Positions 33,406 to 42,953 of a stretch of 64,000 nucleotides of DNA are shown piece by piece (position 1 is the stretch's first letter; each line of letters opens with the position of its first letter). The position numbers and the translations under genes are program-made. The notes beneath the pieces were generated by a model that saw nothing but the letters and a program-made list of their open reading frames with translations, had not been told where the DNA came from and ran no database searches. The DNA is from a virus (taxonomy: Duplodnaviria; Caudoviricetes), in IMG/VR virus record IMGVR_UViG_3300031418_000007; one strand, 5' to 3'.

Positions 33406-34093
33406 AGTTCCCGCTCTGTATTGTATTAATCAGTTGTTCATACTTGGTGTTGTTAACCAGTTGCGAACACTGTTGTTTGTTATGACGAATTTTGGCATTC
33501 ATTTTCTCACGGAACTGGGCGACTGTTGCCACCTTACCGTTCACCGTGAACATGCTTCCGTTACCCCGTGAAATACGAACATACTTAGACACCTTGGCAT
33601 TGGGATTGCCTTTTAATATCTTCTCTGCTCCATATAAACCCACGAACCAACTCATATAGACATCGCCGTCACTCACCGGTCGATGTACCTTGCTTTCAAG
33701 GTATTTACGGTTCTCTGCTAAACCTGCTGCACCCACAAGGATATTTGCTCGCTTATTGTGGACAGAACTTTTAGCAGAAACGCCCATCTTTCTGGCATGT
33801 TTCTGAAGATCATTGCGCCATTGTCGATCGCTGTACTGCATTGCTCCTTTTACACTGGAATACTTGTTATGGACGTTGTTACCGAAATTACTTTCGATGT
33901 AGAGCACGGCAGCTAACAAGTCCGCATTGGTCCCGGATTTCTTTTCTGCTTCTACGATGTATTGATCGATTTTTGCATAAGCCTTTGCATCGGCTTTGGA
34001 TATGCCTGTTCCGCTGTAGCTCGCATGAGCGGCGGTTAACGAGGATAGAGCCAGTAACGCACCTAAGATAAAAGATTTAACGATGGACTTCAT
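33374..34093 (-). CDS. Lytic transglycosylase (SLT/phiKZ gp144-like) with signal peptide
   Basis: AVLYIESNFG (catalytic Glu), SS..G.MQ....W, AN.L.GA, YM.WF.G..GA; N-terminal MKSIVKSFILGALLALSSLTAAHA. Confidence 0.8.
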   Translation of the reverse strand: MKSIVKSFILGALLALSSLTAAHASYSGTGISKADAKAYAKIDQYIVEAEKKSGTNADLLAAVLYIESNFGNNVHNKYSSVKGAMQYSDRQWRNDLQKHARKMGVSAKSSVHNKRANILVGAAGLAENRKYLESKVHRPVSDGDVYMSWFVGLYGAEKILKGNPNAKVSKYVRISRGNGSMFTVNGKVATVAQFREKMNAKIRHNKQQCSQLVNNTKYEQLINTIQSGNYEEVSTAMLH

Positions 34094-34152
34094 TTTTTAT
34101 TCTCCGACATTTACACAAGGTAGAGCAAGCTTTTACACTTGCATCTACCCTA

Positions 34153-34175
34153 ATAATGTAGGCCTAAAATTAATT
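34153..34175. repeat. Imperfect direct repeat 1 flanking the HNH gene (promoter-like)
   Basis: ataatgtaggcctaaaattaatt versus ataatgtaggcctgaattaatt at 35247-35268; the minus strand carries CTACATTAT. Confidence 0.85.
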
Positions 34176-35199
34176 AGCCTTTTTGGATGACAGTTACGCG
34201 TTTAAATACGTAACCTTTGTGAGTTCTCAACTTACCGTTAACCACGGAATAAACATTGCTGGCGTGGAAACCTTGCTCCACCATATCTCTCCGACCAGTG
34301 AATAACACTTTATGACCGGTAACTGTGTGGGTACCTTCGATAGCACCTTTTAAACGCAAAGCGCGTGTTTTCAATGCCTCGATAAAACCTAAATCATACT
34401 TAGCATTATTGTGGTTGATGATGTCCTGGTTAGTAGCTCGGCGCCAAGTGCAACCATAAGTAATGCTTTTACCCGACTTAACGGCGTACGACAGAGCATT
34501 GGGTTTAAAACCTAAAGCCCTCATGCCGCTCGAGCCAGCTAATAACACTTCCTTTCCCTCATAACCTTCCAAGACACATGTGCCAATGACGGGTTTGGTT
34601 AACGGACTATCCATGCCTGTTGGATGCAAACCGGTATTCACCGCATGCTCGACATTTTCTTTCCGCGTACACCATTCGAGATTAGTGAAGTCGTTATTGT
34701 TCTTGATCCCTACGATGTGGTTAACTTCAAGCTCGTGGTAAGGCCTGTCCTTTAAGTGGTCTGGGCGTGGGATGAACACAGCCGCAACTAAACGGTGTAT
34801 GCGCGTTCCGGTATGCGGTTTGTTGAACCCTTCCAGCTTTAAATGCACTGAACGGTAACCATCTGAATTACCCCCAGTATTTCCACTCTTGCTCTTGTAC
34901 CCACGTAGATTGATGAATCTCCCTTTATTGCTGACGAACTGATACTGAGTGGCGTAATGGCTGCATTCATTATCTAAATAAAGCCCCCACGTCAGATACA
35001 CGGCGGGTACCCAGACTTCGTAGTCGGGATCTTCCTCGATACGTTTCTTCAGCGCATCATGAAGAATGGGGACGTTGTCAGGATAGTCGCTGGCGTGATA
35101 CACCTCCAGTTCCTCTGCCGTTAACAAGTCCTCTGCACCGTTGTGTTCTTTCAAAAAAGCTTCCAATGCGAGCTGATACTTCACTTCATCTTTCTTCAT
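34174..35199 (-). mobile_element. Free-standing HNH homing endonuclease
   Basis: IHRLVAAVFIP...EVNHI.G.K.NN...NLEWCT.KEN..HA, C-terminal NUMOD-like repeats; probable start MKKDEV at 35199. Confidence 0.88.
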
Positions 35200-35246
35200 A
35201 TTCAAAATCCTACCCAAGGCAATAAACGGGATTGTTTATTACCTGG

Positions 35247-35268
35247 ATAATGTAGGCCTGAATTAATT
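35247..35268. repeat. Imperfect direct repeat 2 flanking the HNH gene (promoter-like)
   Basis: See repeat 1; includes the SbcC stop codon. Confidence 0.85.
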
Positions 35269-37743
35269 TGCGCGGGAGATTACCGTGTGTGCATTGACTT
35301 TCCCCTGAATGGTTAACCCGTCACTGTTAATGGCAATGATGTTTGGGTTATTGAACATCCCATGCTGCGCCGCATAGTGCGACACCATAAAGAGTTGTTC
35401 GTGCTCTTTATCAGCAAAGATGCTTTGAATGTAGGCAAAGAAACGCGTCCGGTTAACTTCATCCAGAAACGCACCTACCTCATCCATAAACATCGGGAAC
35501 CAACTTGGCTTGTAACGCATACCGACTTTGCGAATAGCCCAGTTAAGGATTTCGCTTTCACCTGCTGAACAATCAGAGATGTCAGAGGCTTCGGTATTTT
35601 GTCCATTCACCACGGGGAAGCGATACGTGAGATCGCCATTATCTTTGTTACACGGTTTCAGCATCAAGGTTATTGCACTGAACTCTTTGATAATCGCATT
35701 GGTGTTACCGCAGAACGTTTTGATAAAGTCAAGCATGAGCTTACCAATGAACCCTTTGTTTGGACACAGTCCATCCATCAGGGCTTTTACGATCTTGGTG
35801 CGGCGTTTAAGACGCTGAATATCCTGGTCAATGGAATCCACAACAGAGTGCAAGCTCTTGCTACGGATGATCTCAGACATGCAGTGGTTCTTCTCTGCAC
35901 TGCGCCCGGCAATACCAAAATCCACCTCTTTCTTGAGTTGGTGTTGGAACTCGCCGACCAGAGCACTGTGAAAAGAACGCAGTTGAGTTTTAAACAACTC
36001 ACGGCGCGTATCGAACTTTTCCATCTGTTCCAATAAATAACGGTCGTTCCGCAAATGAGTGTTCACTCGACGAATCGCGACGTTATGATAGTGGATACTT
36101 TCCTCAGAAGTTTTGATCTGTTTGATCAGCCCTCCTATATAATTTTGCTTAAGGAGATTAATCTGCGAGTTATTCACTTGCTGCTCTTTCTCCAACGGCT
36201 TGATATTCTCCACTGTGTCATCGTAATCTGCCAGACGATCAATGGCGTTCACCAGGTTTACCCCGTTGACTTTACCAATGTCGTACTCACGAATCACCAT
36301 GGCTAAATCGGCTTCGGTGTATCGTTGACCGCGCAGGAAATTATACAACGCTTGCATGCTGAGGAACCAGTCACTGTCGTTTTCAATCAGCAGGTCTACT
36401 TTGGCAATCTCAATGTCGTACCGCTCGACTTGTTTGGTCAAGCCCGCTATTGCCGATTCCAATTGGCGCATGTCCTGTTCCGTGACACCCACTTTAAAGG
36501 TGTGCGTACACTTGGGACAATCCACTGTTTCCATGCCACGATAGTGAGCCAGGCGATGTTGCTTTTCGTTAAGGATATGTTTGGTTTTAGTCCGTTCATT
36601 TCCCATTTCGTCGCGCTTGGTTACCCACTCCTGATATTGCTGACGAGTCAGCGCAGGCAGAGAGGCAGGTGTTACGTTGATGAGGTACTGCTTCATCTCA
36701 CTCATCGCCACCACGAAGCGACTACCGAAATTCGCGTAAGCTTCCATCAATATAGGATGGTCTTGCAGATAATTTTTAAGATTCGTCCGCTTTTCATTCC
36801 AATGTTTCAGGTCACTTTCAATCGCCTTTGCACGCTGCTCCAACACCTTGGGATCTTGTTGGATATCCTTTAAGCTCACCTGTTCGTTAAGCTCGGCTAA
36901 CTTCTTGGAGTGGTGTTCGTGTTTGTTCTGATGATGCCGCAAGAAGCTTTCGTGGTGCTGAACCCGTTCCTGTGCACCAGCTCGACTCATGCCTTCTTTG
37001 TTTGCCACCGTGAACTTCAACAGAAACGCGGCTGTTTCCATTAACGAATCGTGCATCCGCTGCAAGTGTGGGTGTTCTTTGGCCAGTGATAAACGCCCCA
37101 CCATTAACAAGCCTTCACGAATTTCTTCGTCCAGCACAGCAACACGCCCCAGCAGTTCATCTTCCGATAACTTGTTCAGAGTTTCCAGCGTTTGTTTCTC
37201 CACAGCATACCGAGATATCTGATTACGCAAAGCGCCACGTAATGAGTTCCACTCTTCTTTTAACTTGCTGTAGACGCCCATGGCATAGGTGGTGTCATTG
37301 GGGTAAAGGTCCATCAGGAAGTCTTTACGTTTCGCCGGAGACATGCCGTTGAACAGATCAGTGATGTGCAAACCACTTAAGATCCTTGCCGTGCTCTGGC
37401 TAATACCAAAATGACTTTCTGCCAACATGCGCTGTGCAGTCGCGGTGTTGCCGGTGTTAAGGTTCTCACCATCCACTTCAAAACGGTGGTAGCCTTCTTT
37501 ACCAATCACTGACGTCATTTTATAGATTTTACCATCGAGTAGAATGGAGATAATCTTTGTGCCGCCGTCTTCGAATTTAGAACCATCAGGTGGGAAAGGA
37601 TGCAGTTCGCGCATGATGCTGCTTTTGCCTGCACCGTTGGTACTGATAAAGATATTGATTTGATCCTTCGTTATCATCTTTATCTCTTTGACGTTGCTGG
37701 TCGCCAAAGGAATGAAACCTTTTAAATAGAAATCTAAGATCAT
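35263..37743 (-). CDS. sbcC: SbcC/Rad50-like SMC ATPase
   Basis: Walker A NGAGKSS, CPKC zinc hook, signature CSAGE, Walker B/D-loop MDEVGAFLD, SH loop, long coiled coils. Confidence 0.92.
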   Translation of the reverse strand: MILDFYLKGFIPLATSNVKEIKMITKDQINIFISTNGAGKSSIMRELHPFPPDGSKFEDGGTKIISILLDGKIYKMTSVIGKEGYHRFEVDGENLNTGNTATAQRMLAESHFGISQSTARILSGLHITDLFNGMSPAKRKDFLMDLYPNDTTYAMGVYSKLKEEWNSLRGALRNQISRYAVEKQTLETLNKLSEDELLGRVAVLDEEIREGLLMVGRLSLAKEHPHLQRMHDSLMETAAFLLKFTVANKEGMSRAGAQERVQHHESFLRHHQNKHEHHSKKLAELNEQVSLKDIQQDPKVLEQRAKAIESDLKHWNEKRTNLKNYLQDHPILMEAYANFGSRFVVAMSEMKQYLINVTPASLPALTRQQYQEWVTKRDEMGNERTKTKHILNEKQHRLAHYRGMETVDCPKCTHTFKVGVTEQDMRQLESAIAGLTKQVERYDIEIAKVDLLIENDSDWFLSMQALYNFLRGQRYTEADLAMVIREYDIGKVNGVNLVNAIDRLADYDDTVENIKPLEKEQQVNNSQINLLKQNYIGGLIKQIKTSEESIHYHNVAIRRVNTHLRNDRYLLEQMEKFDTRRELFKTQLRSFHSALVGEFQHQLKKEVDFGIAGRSAEKNHCMSEIIRSKSLHSVVDSIDQDIQRLKRRTKIVKALMDGLCPNKGFIGKLMLDFIKTFCGNTNAIIKEFSAITLMLKPCNKDNGDLTYRFPVVNGQNTEASDISDCSAGESEILNWAIRKVGMRYKPSWFPMFMDEVGAFLDEVNRTRFFAYIQSIFADKEHEQLFMVSHYAAQHGMFNNPNIIAINSDGLTIQGKVNAHTVISRAN

Positions 37744-37803
37744 ATTGTTTCTCTTTTCTATCGTATGTTCAATAAACTTACACTAATATATAGGTTGGCC
37801 AGT

Positions 37804-38754
37804 ATGAATGTAATACAGTGGGTCGGGCAGTCAACCGTGGCTTCCACCAAAGAAACCAACTCCCATGAGATCATGGTTTATCCACCTTTGCTGTTCCCTA
37901 CCGCTGACGGTGGTGTCACTGCCGATGTAGCACGCGTTAAGAAAGACGCCGTGGACTCCATGGGTAAGAAAGTCAACACTGACATGCTCAAAAGCAACAA
38001 AACCGTACCGGCTACCTGGAAACCCATTGGTGAACCCAACCGACTAACACCCCCTGATGTGCGTGAGGGGACACCTGTGAGTCTCTACCAGTTCGCAGGC
38101 AGTTCAGACTACTACTGGACTACCTTTGGCTTTGCGGCTGAGACAATGCGTTGTGAAACGATTGTGTACGGTTGGAACGCCATGCCGGACGACAACGAAG
38201 ATTCCAAGTACGATCTGTCCAAGTATTACACCGTGACGATCGATACGCGGGGCGGTTCAATGTCGGTGCGTAACAGTAATGCCAACGGCGAGAAGAGTTT
38301 GATTGAAGCCAAGCTCAACTTCATGGAAGGCAATATCATGTTATCGGGCGCGCAGGGCTCTCTGTTTGTGTGGGACGATGTTAATCACTCTATGACATAC
38401 CATAATGCTGAAGAGTCAGTGTTCACGGTTGACAAGGATCAGCTCTTTGCCTTTACCAAAGGTGGGATGATGTTCCAGACTGACGAAACCATCCACATGC
38501 AATGCGAACAATTGTTGGTGGGTGCAAATACCGTCATCATGGAAGTGGCCGAGAGCACCACGATCACGTCACCAGAAACACTACACACAGGCAATGTCAA
38601 AATCGACGGTACACTGGACACCACAGGCAATGTCACGTCTGAAGCCACCATAACTGGTAAGAGTGGGGTTAAGACTGGTGCAGGTATCGATGTCGATGGT
38701 CACCACCACCCCAATGGTAACGACGGCAAGGATACCGGCAAGGCTGCAATGTAA
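37804..38754 (+). CDS. Baseplate central spike protein
   Basis: OB-like N-terminus (RLTPPDVR.G..V..Y), beta-helix body, C-terminal GHHH iron-binding HxH tip as in gpV-type spikes; start at 37804. Confidence 0.75.
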   Translation: MNVIQWVGQSTVASTKETNSHEIMVYPPLLFPTADGGVTADVARVKKDAVDSMGKKVNTDMLKSNKTVPATWKPIGEPNRLTPPDVREGTPVSLYQFAGSSDYYWTTFGFAAETMRCETIVYGWNAMPDDNEDSKYDLSKYYTVTIDTRGGSMSVRNSNANGEKSLIEAKLNFMEGNIMLSGAQGSLFVWDDVNHSMTYHNAEESVFTVDKDQLFAFTKGGMMFQTDETIHMQCEQLLVGANTVIMEVAESTTITSPETLHTGNVKIDGTLDTTGNVTSEATITGKSGVKTGAGIDVDGHHHPNGNDGKDTGKAAM

Positions 38755-38761
38755 ACATAAA

Positions 38762-38795
38762 TATAACTACTGCTCCTTGCGGAGCAGTAGTTATA
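38762..38795. terminator. Bidirectional terminator
   Basis: tataactactgctcc-ttgc-ggagcagtagttata between convergent genes. Confidence 0.85.
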
Positions 38796-38798
38796 GTG

Positions 38799-40031
38799 TT
38801 ATTGGTTAACTTGTGTATTAAGCTTCATGGTGTAAGTGCCGGCTCCACCTGATGGATCATCAATAAAGATCACCACAGTGAAATCGTTTGCAGCAGAAGG
38901 TGCCTGTGTAATTTTCACACTGCCTCGCCCTACCACATCACTCAGCCAAGCAGAAACTCCACTGGAACGACCGATGTTTACGTTCGCTGCTCCATTGAAA
39001 GTATGACTGGCTTCCATGAATTCTTTCGTGCTTCCTCCGCCCCCATCCCAGATCAGTCCGCTATCCCAATATTCGCCGCTTCCTGTTACATGACCACCGC
39101 CTGAACCACGCCCTGTGTTCACGCGTACGTTGTAATATCCCGTCCGCATGTTAAAGGTGATGTATCCGGTGTCATCTGGTGTAACAAAGATATCCAGCAT
39201 TGGTGTTGCAGTACGTGCCCACGGAATAGGGCTGCCAAAGAAGCTGTACGAACCTGACACTGCATTCCGGGCTTGTCCACCTATGGATCCGTTTACCGTG
39301 AGCTGGGTCCAAATACGTCGTTCACCATCGCTGGGATCGTAATACTGAACATAGACACGGGTCGCTGAACCGTTGGAGACGTTCCCTGGATTCCAATTCA
39401 GTGAACTCGCCCACGGACCGTTTGGATAGAGACTGTAAGAGAACCGATTCGCCTCTCCATTAGCACCCCCAATAACAAAGTTGGCGCCCGGAAAGGTGTC
39501 ATCTAAATTCAGCGTAACAATCAGTGATCCAATGTTGGCGTTGTTGATGTCGGCTTGTGTTCGCTCGTTTCCCGCATTATCAAAATACCGGAAGCTGATG
39601 GCATCAGCACGCACCCCCACCAGATCGTAACCAAACACTGGTGTCAACCACGTAGGTGGCTGCCAATCACCGCCCGGCGTAAGACGCAAGCGAGCAGCAG
39701 CGTGTTCAGAACGATCGTAGTTGTTTTGTGTTCGCACAAAGACCCGCAGAGAACTGCCCCGCGGGATAATACTTTTCTCAACCTCCAGGGTTTTGTACCA
39801 CGGACCGTTAGCAGATAGCCCATAGGTAAATGGGCTAGTTGAACCCGCAACATCGATATTGGACAGAAAGAACCATGGCCAAATCAAATCGCGACTGCTG
39901 TTAAACGTGATATCAATAAAGCTGATACGTCCGCCAGAACTGGTGTCCTGGACCTGGTTATTCACGTTGTACTGTGTGTAACCAAGTGATCCCTCGAGCA
40001 TGGCTTTTACCCAGTCGTAATCAACTAACAT
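38799..40031 (-). CDS. Tail-fibre-associated protein with internal repeats
   Basis: Two F.Y.L..NGPW repeats; C-terminal VKITQAPSAANDFTVVIFIDDPSGGAG. Confidence 0.55.
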   Translation of the reverse strand: MLVDYDWVKAMLEGSLGYTQYNVNNQVQDTSSGGRISFIDITFNSSRDLIWPWFFLSNIDVAGSTSPFTYGLSANGPWYKTLEVEKSIIPRGSSLRVFVRTQNNYDRSEHAAARLRLTPGGDWQPPTWLTPVFGYDLVGVRADAISFRYFDNAGNERTQADINNANIGSLIVTLNLDDTFPGANFVIGGANGEANRFSYSLYPNGPWASSLNWNPGNVSNGSATRVYVQYYDPSDGERRIWTQLTVNGSIGGQARNAVSGSYSFFGSPIPWARTATPMLDIFVTPDDTGYITFNMRTGYYNVRVNTGRGSGGGHVTGSGEYWDSGLIWDGGGGSTKEFMEASHTFNGAANVNIGRSSGVSAWLSDVVGRGSVKITQAPSAANDFTVVIFIDDPSGGAGTYTMKLNTQVNQ

Positions 40032-40039
40032 AGCAGCCC

Positions 40040-42913
40040 TTATGTATCGCGAATAACGTCTTTATAACGGAAGAAGTTGGTTGCACCCAATTCAGTGCCG
40101 TCATTGACAACAAACGGAATGGTAGCGCCCTTACGCGTGCTGCTGATCAGATGTTTGTCTAACACGATAAAGGACCGTGTATAACGCACACCCGTGCCGT
40201 CACTGTCGTAACCAATCATGATGGCGTTGTTATCAGGCTTCTGTTCTTGAGTGTAGCGCACCAGTTCAATAACCCCGGTGTTCTCCTCAAGGTAGAAATA
40301 ACTTGGCCATGTCGAGTAAGCCAGCTCCTGGGTTTCATCCACCGAAATACCCACGCCGTTGATAACACAGCGGTAGCCTTCGGGAATAATCACCAGCTTC
40401 TGATTAGCCAACTGATACGGTTTAAACAGAATCGTTGCGTCACGCGCGCTTCCCAATACCACATCGGTGTTGATCCCTGCGGTGCACTGGAACATACCAA
40501 TACGCGGAACCATCGTTAATGGATAGTGGTCATCACTGACGTCAAAGAACTCGGTACCTGCAAAGGTTTTGGCCGGAACGTTGTTCAGCGGAGTCAATGT
40601 CGGTGCTGCTGCCAGGAAGTTATCAGTGGTAAAGGTAATGTCCCCACTCATGCTTTCCCACGGACGGTTCAGACCAAACACCCACTGGTTGTCACTGAGC
40701 TTGTAGGCCAGCAAGTCACTGTGGGAAGAATGCAAACCGTCGTTGCTCTGACTGGTGCGTTTGCCTTTGTTAGGGGTCGTTGCTTTACTCACCACCGATA
40801 ACACGGTATCCGTTTTCAGTCCCAGCGTCATTACACCGTTGGACAGGGTATACGGCACCACACAGGCATGCACGACCGCACAACCGTCACTCCACCAACA
40901 CAGTGCACGCAAGCCACCCACAATCATTGCCCCCATACTGCGAGCACGAGGATACTGTTCCGGTACGCCGTTGTACATCTGCTTAACCGCAGCAGACGCT
41001 TCTGCTTCTGAGGCTTTTAAACGCATCACGATCAGCGAATTAGGCGACAAGCTTACGTCTGCACCCAGCACGACTGCGCCACCGGAATACTGGAAGCTGT
41101 CAGAACCCTTGAACCCGTTCAGGCTGGTAAAGCTCAATGCACTTACCGTTACCCCGCCCGACACAGCTGTAACCGACGTCAGTGAGTTAGGCAGCTTGGT
41201 GGTCAGATCGCGCTCAGTGATGAGGTCAGGACGCGTAATGCCGTAAGTCTTGGTATTGGCATCGTACTGTGTGTTGCTACCGGTTGCCCACTGAAGTTCT
41301 TTGTACTTATAACCAAAGCGATCCACAGCCAAGCAATAGCTCAGGTAGGTGATCTGGTTAGCGTCTTGTGAAATTGGCAGAATACGCTCAGGCAATTCCC
41401 CCAGCGAGAAGTGACGCGTGGGAACAAAGGTCTGGGTAATGCTGTCTTTCACTGGACGATACAGTGCGGGGTTCTCTAGCAGTGGCACCACACCCTTCAT
41501 GTCGGTAGGCGAGACTTTGATACGCAGACAGGTCGGTGTTGTATAACCATTGAGGATCAAACCATTGGTGTTGATCACTCCTGGACACTTCACCAAGTTC
41601 AACAGGTTAGTAGGATCATTGTCCACCAACCACTTGCACTTCGCCAGATCAGCTTCTGTGGTGATGCTGTCTTTGCTATAACCTTTCAGCATATCAATAG
41701 CACCGGTATCCGCAATAACCAGCTTGCCCGGGTGAACCGATTCCGTGAAGTTAAAGATCTTGTTAAAGGTCTTACCCCCAATGGTTACCGTAACCGGCAT
41801 GGCGATGTTCATCAAGAACTCAAGGTTCAGATAACGCCAATCTGCACTGATCGTGGGTTGTTCACCGGCTTTTAATGCAGAGACAACCGAGACACCCGCA
41901 CCCAACGTAAAGAAGTCATTCAGTGACATGGTCCGCGTTTTGTTGATGCTGTCGTTAACGTTGTTCATGTTAACGGTGTTGTACGTGGCCTTGTAACTGG
42001 AGTTGACGATCTGCGTCAGCGTTGGATTAGACTCAGGGTCGTTGACACCAAAGAAGTAGTGCCCCAACGTTAAGGTGGTTCCCGTATAGCTTGCGCTTAA
42101 CAGGCAACCTTTGTGGGAGATATCACCAAACGTCGAACTCAACACCACAAAGAAGTTACCTGAGCCCGGTATCGAACTGTTGTAGTTGTAGATGCCTTTG
42201 TTCGCCAACGGACGGAAGATCCCGATACGCCCCAGATTGTCAATCGCCCCCTTCATGTTCCAGCCCGATCCCCAATAACGAGAAGCAATCTGACGTTCCT
42301 CGTTCAAGCCAATGCTGGCGCCCATTTTCACCGTATCAGAGTAATAGAGTGAATAGGGGCCGGCGTTAGCCGTGGGGTACTGTGGTGAGGCGATAACACG
42401 GTCACCGTTCATGATCAGAGTAACTGGCCCGCGTTGAAAGAACAGCGCGTTGCCCGGGTCTTTCTCTGCGCGATCAAACTGGTCGATGTGGTGCAGGGCA
42501 GCAAACGGCATTCGCACGTTTTGCTGGAAATCCTGCGCGTTAAAGCCATTGACCGATTGGGTGATGGCTGCCTTCATACCCGCTGGATTAACAAACGCAT
42601 CATCCACAAAGTTCAAGTGATCCTGCACCGTGGCGCTACGAAAGTTATCGACTTTCTCTAACTGTACAGTGGTTGAGGTTTCCCCGTGTACTGGGCCCGT
42701 TAACGCAATATGGGCATCCACCGGTACGCCCACCGCGGCAACGAAGTTACCCACTGCTTGGGCGATATACGTGAGGTTGGCACTGGTTTGCGCATCGTTG
42801 CTGTCTTGCGCCTGTTCCACCTTGCGACGGAGATTGTTAAGGCTCGACAACAGGGAACCGTATCGCGGTTCTGGATCTGCAATAACCGGACGTTCCCCAC
42901 CAATGATTTTCAT
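40040..42913 (-). CDS. Large tail fibre/virion protein (phiKZ gp145/146-like family)
   Basis: H.....VHGET...V.L.KVDNF..AT motif; C-terminal S.TRKG..IP shared with its neighbours. Confidence 0.7.
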   Translation of the reverse strand: MKIIGGERPVIADPEPRYGSLLSSLNNLRRKVEQAQDSNDAQTSANLTYIAQAVGNFVAAVGVPVDAHIALTGPVHGETSTTVQLEKVDNFRSATVQDHLNFVDDAFVNPAGMKAAITQSVNGFNAQDFQQNVRMPFAALHHIDQFDRAEKDPGNALFFQRGPVTLIMNGDRVIASPQYPTANAGPYSLYYSDTVKMGASIGLNEERQIASRYWGSGWNMKGAIDNLGRIGIFRPLANKGIYNYNSSIPGSGNFFVVLSSTFGDISHKGCLLSASYTGTTLTLGHYFFGVNDPESNPTLTQIVNSSYKATYNTVNMNNVNDSINKTRTMSLNDFFTLGAGVSVVSALKAGEQPTISADWRYLNLEFLMNIAMPVTVTIGGKTFNKIFNFTESVHPGKLVIADTGAIDMLKGYSKDSITTEADLAKCKWLVDNDPTNLLNLVKCPGVINTNGLILNGYTTPTCLRIKVSPTDMKGVVPLLENPALYRPVKDSITQTFVPTRHFSLGELPERILPISQDANQITYLSYCLAVDRFGYKYKELQWATGSNTQYDANTKTYGITRPDLITERDLTTKLPNSLTSVTAVSGGVTVSALSFTSLNGFKGSDSFQYSGGAVVLGADVSLSPNSLIVMRLKASEAEASAAVKQMYNGVPEQYPRARSMGAMIVGGLRALCWWSDGCAVVHACVVPYTLSNGVMTLGLKTDTVLSVVSKATTPNKGKRTSQSNDGLHSSHSDLLAYKLSDNQWVFGLNRPWESMSGDITFTTDNFLAAAPTLTPLNNVPAKTFAGTEFFDVSDDHYPLTMVPRIGMFQCTAGINTDVVLGSARDATILFKPYQLANQKLVIIPEGYRCVINGVGISVDETQELAYSTWPSYFYLEENTGVIELVRYTQEQKPDNNAIMIGYDSDGTGVRYTRSFIVLDKHLISSTRKGATIPFVVNDGTELGATNFFRYKDVIRDT

Positions 42914-42924
42914 GAGAACTCCTT

Positions 42925-42946
42925 GTGGGGAGGTTGCCCTCCCCGA
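42925..42946 (-). repeat. Intergenic hairpin-RBS junction repeat
   Basis: ggggagggcaacctcccc-acaaggagttctcATG, near-identical to the junction at 46431-46477. Confidence 0.7.
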
Positions 42947-42953
42947 TTAACTG

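Noticed and set aside
30518-37743. Introns or inteins in the ligase, SbcC, thyA or portal
   Set aside because: Reading frames are continuous and of ordinary length, with no intein C1/HN motifs; the HNH gene is intergenic, not intronic.
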